Below, piece after piece: positions 1 to 7,284 of a stretch of DNA of 54,424 bases. The notes under the pieces are model-generated. The model was not told the DNA's origin. It saw nothing but the letters and a program-made list of their open reading frames with translations, and did no database searches. The position numbers and the translations under genes were made by a program. The DNA is from an uncultured Eubacteriales bacterium. GTDB lineage: Bacteria; Bacillota; Clostridia; Oscillospirales; Acutalibacteraceae. The stretch is taken from the NCBI GenBank assembly GCA_964491735.1, contig CAZBHG010000001.1, forward strand, positions 1 through 54,424, given 5' to 3'. Each line of letters begins with the position of its first letter. Position 1 is the stretch's first letter.

Positions 1-761
1 GCCGCCTTTGATTCAAGCCCTATAATCGACTGATGAAGCAAAACCTGATTCAGAACCGAGCCAAGAACATAGCGGGTGTTGGGAACGGTAACAGCAGCTT
101 CAACCGCTTCTGAGATAGCGCAGCCGAGGGAGCCGCCCGTGCCCGGGAACTGTTCAAGAATCGCGCGTCCGACGTTAGTCGTATCGCTGGGACTGGGAAT
201 AATCTTTGCGCCGAATGTTTCAATAATATTTTTACGGTAAGGCTTCTGATTGTAGCTGGTTTTGACCATAAAAACAGTCAGAGGCATTTTGTAATAAGCG
301 CAAGCCATTGCAAGAGCCGTGCCCCACTGACCCGCACCCGTTTCGGTTGTAAGGCCCTCAAAGCCCTCATTTTTTGCATAATATACCTGCGGAATTGAAG
401 AGTTGAGCTTATGGCTGCCGGAGGTGTTGTTTCCCTCAAATTTATAATATATCTTTGCGGGAGTGTTAAGCTCTTTTTCAAGGCAGTATGCACGGATAAG
501 AGGGGAGGGTCGGTACATTTTGTAGAAATTAACAACGCTTTCCGGTATATCAATATACCTTGTTTCGTTGTCCATTTCCTGATGAGAAAGCTCTTTGCAG
601 AAAATCGGATAGAGTTCCTCCTCTTTCAGAGGCTCATGCGTGCCGGGGTTGAGTAACGGCTCCGGCTGTTCCTTCATATCCGCCCTGAGGTTATACCACT
701 GCTTTGGGATTAATTCCTCGGGAAGATTTATGCGATAGGGGATGTTTTTCTTGTTCGACAT
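1..761 (-). CDS. TrpB-like PLP-dependent enzyme (tryptophan synthase beta, TrpB2-type). The N-terminus is complete and the C-terminus runs off the window edge.
   Basis: Manual minus-strand translation from the ATG at 759-761 gives MSNKKNIPYRINLPEELIPKQWYNLRADMKEQPEPLLNPGTHEPL...YYKFEGNNTSGSHKLNSS...TETGAGQWGTALA. SGSHKLN matches the TrpB PLP-lysine motif. A GGAG RBS lies upstream. The ORF is absent from the track because it has no in-window stop. Confidence 0.8.
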   Translation of the reverse strand, partial: MSNKKNIPYRINLPEELIPKQWYNLRADMKEQPEPLLNPGTHEPLKEEELYPIFCKELSHQEMDNETRYIDIPESVVNFYKMYRPSPLIRAYCLEKELNTPAKIYYKFEGNNTSGSHKLNSSIPQVYYAKNEGFEGLTTETGAGQWGTALAMACAYYKMPLTVFMVKTSYNQKPYRKNIIETFGAKIIPSPSDTTNVGRAILEQFPGTGGSLGCAISEAVEAAVTVPNTRYVLGSVLNQVLLHQSIIGLESKA

Positions 762-809
762 AGTGATTTCTCCTTTCAAAATTACAATTGATAATTACAG
801 CATGTGAAT

Positions 810-844
810 AAAAAAATAACCCTTGCCCCAAAAATCGGGACAAG
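810..844 (-). terminator. Intrinsic terminator of the T-box expression platform
   Basis: The minus-strand RNA is CUUGUCCC-GAUUUUU-GGGGCAAG (8-bp stem including one G-U pair), followed by GGUUAUUUUUUU. Confidence 0.7.
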
Positions 845-1065
845 AATTAATCCTGCGGTACCACCCAAATTGACACTAAAAGTGCCCACTCGTTTTACAC
901 ACAACCATGTGTACTTCGTTGATAACGGATGAAGCTCCCGTCAGAAACTACTAGGCTTAATGCTTTTCGGTCTGCCCTCATAAGTCCATTCAATACAGTT
1001 CCTTCTGCCGCAATCACACCGCCTGCGACTCTCTTTGAGACGATTGCCGTATCTACTCTTCTTAC
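810..1065 (-). promoter_or_regulatory. T-box riboswitch leader with a Trp (UGG) specifier, controlling the trpB-like gene
   Basis: The minus strand reads AGAGAGTCGCAGGCGGTGTGA (stem I AG-bulge and GGUG motifs). The specifier loop is TTGAATGGACT, with UGG at 986-988 followed by A. The T-box core AATTTGGGTGGTACCGCAGGA lies at 851-871 and overlaps the 5' arm of a terminator. Confidence 0.8.
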
Positions 1066-1095
1066 TCTTAGGTTTTGCTTATTAAATTATTGTTG

Positions 1096-1124
1096 ATTAT
1101 ATAACCTTGAAAATTATTTGTCAA
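1096..1124 (-). promoter_or_regulatory. Sigma-A-type promoter for the T-box/trpB-like transcript
   Basis: The minus strand reads TTGACA (1119-1124), a 17-nt spacer, then TATAAT (1096-1101). This is a perfect consensus placed just upstream of the T-box stem I. Confidence 0.6.
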
Positions 1125-1268
1125 CACTTTTATAAAATATTTTTAAAATTTTTTTTACAATTCCTAGATGGAATAAAAAAATTGAATACAAGTATAAAAT
1201 TTACAATATGTTAACGTATTATATGAGATAATAGTATAAAATGTAACCTGAAAATAAGGGGTGAGATT

Positions 1269-2159
1269 TTGTTTGGGTACGTCAAGGCATATAAGCCTGA
1301 AATGAAGGTTAAGGATTATGAGCTATATAAGGGCGTCTATTGCTCCATTTGCAAACAGCTTGGCAGGTCATACGGCCCGTTAGCTCAGCTTTCTCTCAGC
1401 TATGATATAACATTTCTGGCATTAGTGCGGATGGCTGTCAGCAGTGAATGCCCTGAATTTAAAAAATCAAAATGCAGTTACAATCCCCTTAAAAAATGCA
1501 ATTGCTGCCAAAAAGGCAATAAAGAAATCATGTATTCAGTTGAATGTGCCATAATAATGCTCTACGGCAAAGTTAAGGATAATATTAAGGACAGCGGATT
1601 TTTCAAAAGGCTTGCATGTTATCTTATCCTTCCTTTTATCAGCGCAATGCATAAAAAAGCTGCCGGGCGTCAGCCGGAGGTTGAAAATATAGTCAGAACA
1701 GCCATGGAAGAACAGGCGAAAGTTGAAAAAAGCGGTTCTCAATTAATAGACGAGGCGGCACATCCGACTGCCGCTGCACTTTCAAAAATAATCTCAGCAG
1801 GATATGACGGCAATGAAAAAATAATTCTTGACAGAATGGGTTATCTTATCGGCAGATGGATTTATATTATTGATGCTGTGGACGACCTTTTTGACGATAA
1901 AAAATCGGGTGGCTATAATCCCTTGATTTCAAAGCTTTCAGAGTATGAGAGCAAAGGCGATAACGGACTTGCAGATTTTAAAGATTATCTGACCGGAGTT
2001 TTAAATCTGACTGTTGATGAATGTATAAAATCATTTGAGCTTCTGAAGCTTCAGCGGTTCAGTGATATTTTGAATAATATTTTATATTTGGGGCTTGAAA
2101 ATACGAGGAACAAGGTATTTAGCGCAGAGGGGTGGTGTAAGCATGAAAAATCCGTATGA
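1269..2159 (+). CDS. DUF5685-like protein of unknown function
   Basis: 296-aa ORF with a TTG start after AAGGGG. The N-terminus MFGYVKAYKPEMKVKDYELYKGVYCSICKQLG and the later IIDAVDDLFDDKKSGGYNPL are as I recall for the clostridial DUF5685 family. Confidence 0.65.
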   Translation: MFGYVKAYKPEMKVKDYELYKGVYCSICKQLGRSYGPLAQLSLSYDITFLALVRMAVSSECPEFKKSKCSYNPLKKCNCCQKGNKEIMYSVECAIIMLYGKVKDNIKDSGFFKRLACYLILPFISAMHKKAAGRQPEVENIVRTAMEEQAKVEKSGSQLIDEAAHPTAAALSKIISAGYDGNEKIILDRMGYLIGRWIYIIDAVDDLFDDKKSGGYNPLISKLSEYESKGDNGLADFKDYLTGVLNLTVDECIKSFELLKLQRFSDILNNILYLGLENTRNKVFSAEGWCKHEKSV

Positions 2160-2760
2160 GGTGCTGGGTGTACCTGACAATGCGTCAGATGATGAAATCA
2201 GGCAGGCGTACCGTGAGCTTGCCCGTAAATACAGTAGTGATAATTATTCCGGCGGTCCTCTGTCAGATATAGCTAATGAAAAGATGAAGGAAATTGACAA
2301 CGCGTATGATTCTATCATTCTCAACCGCGGCAACAAATCAGGCGGCGGCGGTTCCAGGGCAAAAAACACTGAAAATCAATATTCCTCAAGTTTTTCTGAC
2401 TATTCCGATATCAGGGAACAGATAAAAAGCGGAAGATATGATGATGCCAACACACTTCTCGACGGTATTCCCAAACAATTGAGAACTGCGGAATGGTATT
2501 ATCTCAAAGGCTCAATACAGTATCGTCAGGGCTGGCTGGAAGAGGCGGCGAAAAACTTCAACACCGCTTGCAGTATGGACCCCGAAAATGCAGAATACAG
2601 ATCCGCTCTGAATAACTTTAACAATTCAAGAAACGGCGGGTACAGAACGACGCAAACACAAAACAGCAAGGGGTGCAGCGGCTGTGATATCTGCTCGGGT
2701 CTTATTTGTGCAGACTGCTGCTGTGAATGCTTTGGCGGGGATTTGATTCCATGTTGCTGA
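2143..2760 (+). CDS. J-like domain protein (HPD replaced by SSD) with a TPR-like middle region and a poly-Cys C-terminal tail
   Basis: MKNPYEVLGVPDNASDDEIRQAYRELARKYSSD is a DnaJ N-terminal signature. The ATG at 2143 follows GAGGGG. The 2095 start in the track is an upstream extension. The protein ends CSGCDICSGLICADCCCECFGGDLIPCC. Confidence 0.75.
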   Translation: MKNPYEVLGVPDNASDDEIRQAYRELARKYSSDNYSGGPLSDIANEKMKEIDNAYDSIILNRGNKSGGGGSRAKNTENQYSSSFSDYSDIREQIKSGRYDDANTLLDGIPKQLRTAEWYYLKGSIQYRQGWLEEAAKNFNTACSMDPENAEYRSALNNFNNSRNGGYRTTQTQNSKGCSGCDICSGLICADCCCECFGGDLIPCC

Positions 2761-2767
2761 TTTACTG

Positions 2768-3322
2768 TTGTTTGGTGGTGTTAGCTTGAAACAAAGCTCA
2801 AAAACGGCTCTCGGCGGGATTGCCGCCGCGGTCTCAGTGGCAATAATGTTTATTCTTTCAGTAATTCCGTTTATGACCTATGCAACTCCTGCCGTTGCGG
2901 GTGCTCTGATAATTTTTATAACTATTGAGCTTGACAGAAAATGGGCATTCGGTGTTTTTGCCGCAGTCGGGTTGCTGTCCTTAATGCTGGTACCTGATAA
3001 AGAGATTGCAGTTCTGTATGCGGCGTTCTTCGGCTATTATCCGATAATAAAATCAATTCTTGAAAGCCGCCTTCGCTCAAAGGCTCTTGAGGTGGTAATT
3101 AAACTTCTGATTTTTAATATATCTGTTATAGCTTCATACATTCTTATGATTAAATTTATGGGGATAACCATTGATGAGTCAGAGATGCTTGGGAAGTTTG
3201 TAATACCTCTGCTCCTTGGGCTTGGGAATATAGTCTTTATTATGTATGATTTTGCGCTGACAAGATTAATCAGTGCCTATCTGTATAAATGGCAGAAGTA
3301 TTTTAAAAAAATATTTAAATAA
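2768..3322 (+). CDS. Hypothetical polytopic membrane protein (about 5 TM segments)
   Basis: The ORF has consecutive hydrophobic segments (IAAAVSVAIMFILSVIPF, AVAGALIIFITI, FGVFAAVGLLSLMLV and others). The start is uncertain: TTG 2768, or TTG 2786 after GGTGGTG. Confidence 0.55.
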   Translation: MFGGVSLKQSSKTALGGIAAAVSVAIMFILSVIPFMTYATPAVAGALIIFITIELDRKWAFGVFAAVGLLSLMLVPDKEIAVLYAAFFGYYPIIKSILESRLRSKALEVVIKLLIFNISVIASYILMIKFMGITIDESEMLGKFVIPLLLGLGNIVFIMYDFALTRLISAYLYKWQKYFKKIFK

Positions 3323-3327
3323 TAAAC

Positions 3328-3383
3328 GGCGGCGCGGCAACAATTTTTTGTTATGTTATGAACAAATCTTGTTGTGCGCCGCC
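3328..3383 (+). terminator. Stem-loop, probable terminator after the membrane-protein gene
   Basis: GGCGGCGCGGCAACAA ... TTGTTGTGCGCCGCC forms an imperfect 15-bp stem with a long loop, followed by TTGAATTTATTT. Confidence 0.4.
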
Positions 3384-3443
3384 TTGAATTTATTTACCAA
3401 TATGTGTATAATGTCTGTTGGATGTTGAAGGGGAGTGCTGAAT

Positions 3444-4706
3444 GTGAAAATAATTGAAACCAATTTTGCAGTTATAGGCTGCGGCGGGCGCGGCAGTACC
3501 ATGATGAGAGATTTGTCGTTAATTCCCGGCGTTAAGGTTGTCGCTGTTTGTGATCTTTTGGAGGATAGGGCTAACAAGGCTGCGGAGATTATCAGAGAAG
3601 CTGCGGGAAACACACCCGATGTCTACCTTGACTATAAGGAACTGCTTGTCCGTGAAGATATTTCTGCTGTTCTTTGCTGCACAACATGGATTACTCACGG
3701 CGTCATTGCTATTGATTCCATGAAAGCCGGCAAGAACGTTGCGATTGAAGTCGGCGGTGCTGCTTCAATTGAAGAATGTTGGCAAATGGTGCGCACTTCC
3801 GAGGAAACAGGAAAGTTTTGCATGCTTCTTGAAAATTGCTGCTATTGCAGGGATGAGCTTGCGCTTTTCAACATGGAGCGCAAGGGTGTGTTTGGCGAAA
3901 TCGTCTATTGTCAGGGCGGGTATGAGCATGATTTGCGTGATGAAATTGGTCTCGGCCGTGAAATCAGGCACGGCAGAATACATAATTTTATGAACCGGAA
4001 CGGTGAGCTTTATCCGACTCATGAGCTGGCTCCTTTGGGCAAAATTCTCAGAATAAACAGGGGCAACCGCTTTATCAGTCTCACTTCAATGGCGTCAAAG
4101 TCTGCGGGGCTTCATGAATGGATGCTCAAAGAGAAGGGCGAGAATTACGACCTTTCAAACTATAATTTTACTCAGGGCGATATTGTCACAACAATGATTA
4201 AGTGCGCTCACGGAGAAACTGTTTTTCTGATTCATGACTGCACCTTGCCCAGACCGTATTCAAGAAACGGAAGAGTTCAGGGGACAAAAGGTATCTGGAT
4301 GGAAGACAATAACTCAATATATCTCGATGACGACCATACAAAACAGCATGAATGGGATTCGTTTGATTTGTTCCGTGAAAAATATGAGCATCCTCTGTGG
4401 AAGGAATATTTAAACGGAGAAATAAATTCAGGTCATGGCGGCATTGATTATCTTGTGCTTTGCGCTTTTGTTGAGGCGGCAATGTATAATCTAAAGCCTC
4501 CGATTGATGTATATGACACAGCGGTTTATATGGCAATTACCTGCCTTTCCGAGCAATCAATCGCAATGGGCAGTCTGCCCGTGCCTGTTCCGGATTTTAC
4601 GAACGGCAGATGGATTGACCGCGAGCCTTTCCGCAGGGGTATCTATTGCCTTGAAGAGGTTTGTGAGGAGTTTTTCGGCAATGAAAAAACGGAGGGTAAT
4701 GAATGA
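3444..4706 (+). CDS. Gfo/Idh/MocA-family NAD-binding oxidoreductase (GH109-like)
   Basis: The N-terminal Rossmann motif is FAVIGCGGRGS. The length (~420 aa) and C-terminal half resemble GH109-type enzymes. No signal peptide is present. The GTG at 3444 lies 8 nt after AAGGGGAG. Confidence 0.7.
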   Translation: MKIIETNFAVIGCGGRGSTMMRDLSLIPGVKVVAVCDLLEDRANKAAEIIREAAGNTPDVYLDYKELLVREDISAVLCCTTWITHGVIAIDSMKAGKNVAIEVGGAASIEECWQMVRTSEETGKFCMLLENCCYCRDELALFNMERKGVFGEIVYCQGGYEHDLRDEIGLGREIRHGRIHNFMNRNGELYPTHELAPLGKILRINRGNRFISLTSMASKSAGLHEWMLKEKGENYDLSNYNFTQGDIVTTMIKCAHGETVFLIHDCTLPRPYSRNGRVQGTKGIWMEDNNSIYLDDDHTKQHEWDSFDLFREKYEHPLWKEYLNGEINSGHGGIDYLVLCAFVEAAMYNLKPPIDVYDTAVYMAITCLSEQSIAMGSLPVPVPDFTNGRWIDREPFRRGIYCLEEVCEEFFGNEKTEGNE

Positions 4707-5641
4707 ACTACTACATAGGAGTTGACGGCGGCGGAACAAAAACGGCATATGCTCTCTTTGATGAAAAGAAAAATATTGTTGCCTCTTTTAAAGGTCCGGG
4801 CAGCAACCATGAAAATATGGAGGGCTCCTTCAATGAAGCGGCAGCGATTATCTGGGAGGGTATAAACGGACTTCTAAAAGGCTGCGGTGTTTCGCTGCGC
4901 GATGTCAGGTTCACACTCATGGGGCTTGCGGGGATTGACCATCCTTTTCAGGAGGTTGAAATGAGAAAACGCCTTGAAGCCTATGGCCTAAAAGATTTCG
5001 CGATATATAATGACGGCTTTATTGTTGTGATGGCAGGCTCGGTAAGCGGTGCCGCAATCGGCTATAACTGCGGAACCGGTACCTGCTGCAATGCAATTGA
5101 CAGCACCGGCAAAATGCTTCAGCTTGCGGGGCTGGGTGATTTTTCGGGCGATGTCGGCAACGGTCATTGGATTGCTACTATAGCCTATAAACTCATTTAT
5201 GACGAGGTTTATCTGGGGCTGGAGAAAACAGCTCTTACTCAAAAATTCTTTAAGGAATTCGGCATTGAAAACCGCGAGCAGTTTCTTGCGAGCGTTTCCG
5301 AGCTTGACGGCGAAAATGTTGAGACATATATTATGCGCCTGATAGATTTCTTTTTCGAAGCCGCAAATGAGGGTGATAAGCCTGTGCATAAAGCCATCAA
5401 TGTCATGGCGCAGCGCGGTGCCGAGATGATTGCCGCTCATGCGGAGCAGCTTTCTTTTGACGGTGACGAAATCGAGGTCGTTCTTTCCGGCTCAATTCAT
5501 ACAAAGCTGCCATCTGACATTTATATAGACCTGCTGAAGCAGAAGCTTGAAAAAATATGCAGCAGAAAATTCAAGATGATTAAGCTTGCACATGCTCCGG
5601 TAACAGGCTGTATTAACTGGATATTCAAACAATATATATAA
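4703..5641 (+). CDS. BadF/BadG/BcrA/BcrD-type ATPase, N-acetylglucosamine-kinase-like sugar kinase
   Basis: MNYYIGVDGGGTKTAYALFD is the ASKHA phosphate-1 motif. The ATGA start/stop overlaps the upstream gene. A GGAGGG RBS is present. Confidence 0.75.
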   Translation: MNYYIGVDGGGTKTAYALFDEKKNIVASFKGPGSNHENMEGSFNEAAAIIWEGINGLLKGCGVSLRDVRFTLMGLAGIDHPFQEVEMRKRLEAYGLKDFAIYNDGFIVVMAGSVSGAAIGYNCGTGTCCNAIDSTGKMLQLAGLGDFSGDVGNGHWIATIAYKLIYDEVYLGLEKTALTQKFFKEFGIENREQFLASVSELDGENVETYIMRLIDFFFEAANEGDKPVHKAINVMAQRGAEMIAAHAEQLSFDGDEIEVVLSGSIHTKLPSDIYIDLLKQKLEKICSRKFKMIKLAHAPVTGCINWIFKQYI

Positions 5642-5661
5642 GCAAAAGAGGAGAATTGAAA

Positions 5662-6945
5662 ATGAAAGAAATTACGGTTGCGGTCATCGGTTCCGGCAGC
5701 ACATATTGTCCCGAACTTGTTGACGGTCTGATTAAAGCGAAAAATTCACTGAAACTTAAAAAAATATCCTTTATGGATATTGACGAGCGTAAAAGAAACA
5801 TAGTCGGAAGTCTTTGCGTTCGTATGATTAAAAATGCCGGAGTTGACTGCGAGGTTCAGTTAACTGACGATCTTGACGCTGCGCTTTTAGGCGCGGATTT
5901 TGTTTTGACGCAGATACGCGTCGGCAAGCTTCCGGCGCGTTTCCTTGATGAGACAATTCCGTTAAAATATGATTTGATTGGTCAGGAGACAACCGGCATC
6001 GGCGGGTTTTTCAAGGCGTTGAGGACTATTCCCGTCATAAAAAACATCTGTGACAGAATTGAAGCAATCTGCCCCGACGCATGGCTTATAAACTTTACAA
6101 ACCCGTCCGGCATAATTACAGAATTTGTCCTCAACAATACAAACGTCAAGTGTATCGGCCTTTGCAATGTTCCTATTGATATGGTTGACGATACAAAGGA
6201 GATAAGCGGCGAGGACAGCGAAATTACCTACGTCGGGCTTAACCATCTGAGCTGGATTACATCTGTCAAAAAGGACGGCAAGGATTTGCTGCCCGCCATG
6301 ATTGAATCCGGCTTTTCACCCAAGGTCATGGAGAATATTAAGGACGACGGTTTTTCAATCGAGTGCCTTTCTGCTATTCAGGCAATTCCCTCATCCTATC
6401 TTCAGTATTATTACTGCAGAGCAGCAAAGCTGAAATATCTCCAGTCGGGCGCAAAGTGCAGAGCTGAGGTCTGCATGGAGATTGAGGAGCAGCTTCTCGA
6501 ATTATATTCAAATGAGAAAATTGTTGAGAAACCTGCGCTTCTTGACAAGAGAGGCGGTCACAAATATTCTCTGGTGGCTGTCTCACTTATTGATTCATTA
6601 GCAAATGACAAGAGGGATGTTCAGATTGTCAATATCAAAAACGGCAAAACTCTTCCGTTCCTGGAAGAGGATGATGTCGTTGAAATAGCGGCGGTAATCG
6701 GCAAGGACGGTGCTGTTCCTGTTCCGGTTGAAGAAATCAAAAATCATCACATTATCGGTCTTATGAGAATTGTGAAGGAATACGAGAAATATGCCGTTCA
6801 GGCGGGAATTACCGGCTCAAACGATGCCGCCATCAATGCTCTTCTTGTTCATCCGCTTGTCGGTGACTGGGAGAAGGCGTCAAAGTGTTTTGAAGAGATG
6901 AAACAGGCTCACAAGGCCTATCTTCCTCAATTCTTTATGAATTAA
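5662..6945 (+). CDS. Glycoside hydrolase family 4 (6-phospho-beta-glucosidase-like, NAD/Mn-dependent)
   Basis: ITVAVIGSGSTYCPELVDGL, GQETTGIGG, INFTNPSG and CIGLCNVP match CelF/LicH-type GH4 signatures. The ATG at 5662 lies 8 nt after AGAGGAG. Confidence 0.8.
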   Translation: MKEITVAVIGSGSTYCPELVDGLIKAKNSLKLKKISFMDIDERKRNIVGSLCVRMIKNAGVDCEVQLTDDLDAALLGADFVLTQIRVGKLPARFLDETIPLKYDLIGQETTGIGGFFKALRTIPVIKNICDRIEAICPDAWLINFTNPSGIITEFVLNNTNVKCIGLCNVPIDMVDDTKEISGEDSEITYVGLNHLSWITSVKKDGKDLLPAMIESGFSPKVMENIKDDGFSIECLSAIQAIPSSYLQYYYCRAAKLKYLQSGAKCRAEVCMEIEEQLLELYSNEKIVEKPALLDKRGGHKYSLVAVSLIDSLANDKRDVQIVNIKNGKTLPFLEEDDVVEIAAVIGKDGAVPVPVEEIKNHHIIGLMRIVKEYEKYAVQAGITGSNDAAINALLVHPLVGDWEKASKCFEEMKQAHKAYLPQFFMN

Positions 6946-6966
6946 AAAAAGGCATTTGCATAATGC

Positions 6967-7023
6967 GGGGCGGATTACCACTCCTGCGGTGATTAATATC
7001 GCAGTGGAGGGTTATCCGTCCCG
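6967..7023 (+). terminator. Long imperfect hairpin, probable terminator of the sugar gene cluster
   Basis: GGGGCGGATTACCACTCCTGCG ... CGCAGTGGAGGGTTATCCGTCCC pairs over roughly 20 positions with bulges, followed by an AT-rich stretch (ATTAATTTTAATATTT). Confidence 0.4.
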
Positions 7024-7284
7024 ATTAATTTTAATATTTAATTCAAGTTTAAAATCAAAAAATTAGTTTTTCTTTAACAAATTAATTCATATTTAGATTA
7101 TTATTCGTTGACTTTATGGAAGCGTTATGTTATCCTTTTGTGTAGCATAATAATGGGGTATTTTTATATGAGAACATCCCTGCGCATTATTTTTCGGTGC
7201 TGATTGAAAAAAATTGAACGACGACTGTGACGTCAAAAAATTTGGAAGAATATATCAGTATCAAATTAAGGAGTTTTATAATCA

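Noticed and set aside
278-656. Track ORFs 278..553 (-) and 411..656 (+) at the left edge
   Set aside because: Both lie inside the clearly recognisable trpB-like gene, either out of frame or antisense to it. That gene has no in-window stop and was therefore not listed in the track. Neither ORF has an RBS or a recognisable motif.
2095-2142. Upstream extensions of track ORFs (2095, 13535, 14169, 15580, 27457, 45518, 20467 and others)
   Set aside because: The family-typical N-terminus and a Shine-Dalgarno motif occur at internal start codons. The extensions run through the 3' end of the preceding gene. Trimmed starts are used in the feature table.
6946-7284. T-box or other known riboswitch upstream of alaS
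   Set aside because: I looked for the GGTGGTACCGCG-type T-box core and a specifier-loop arrangement on the + strand and found neither. Only a generic AU-rich hairpin is present, which is listed as a low-interest finding.
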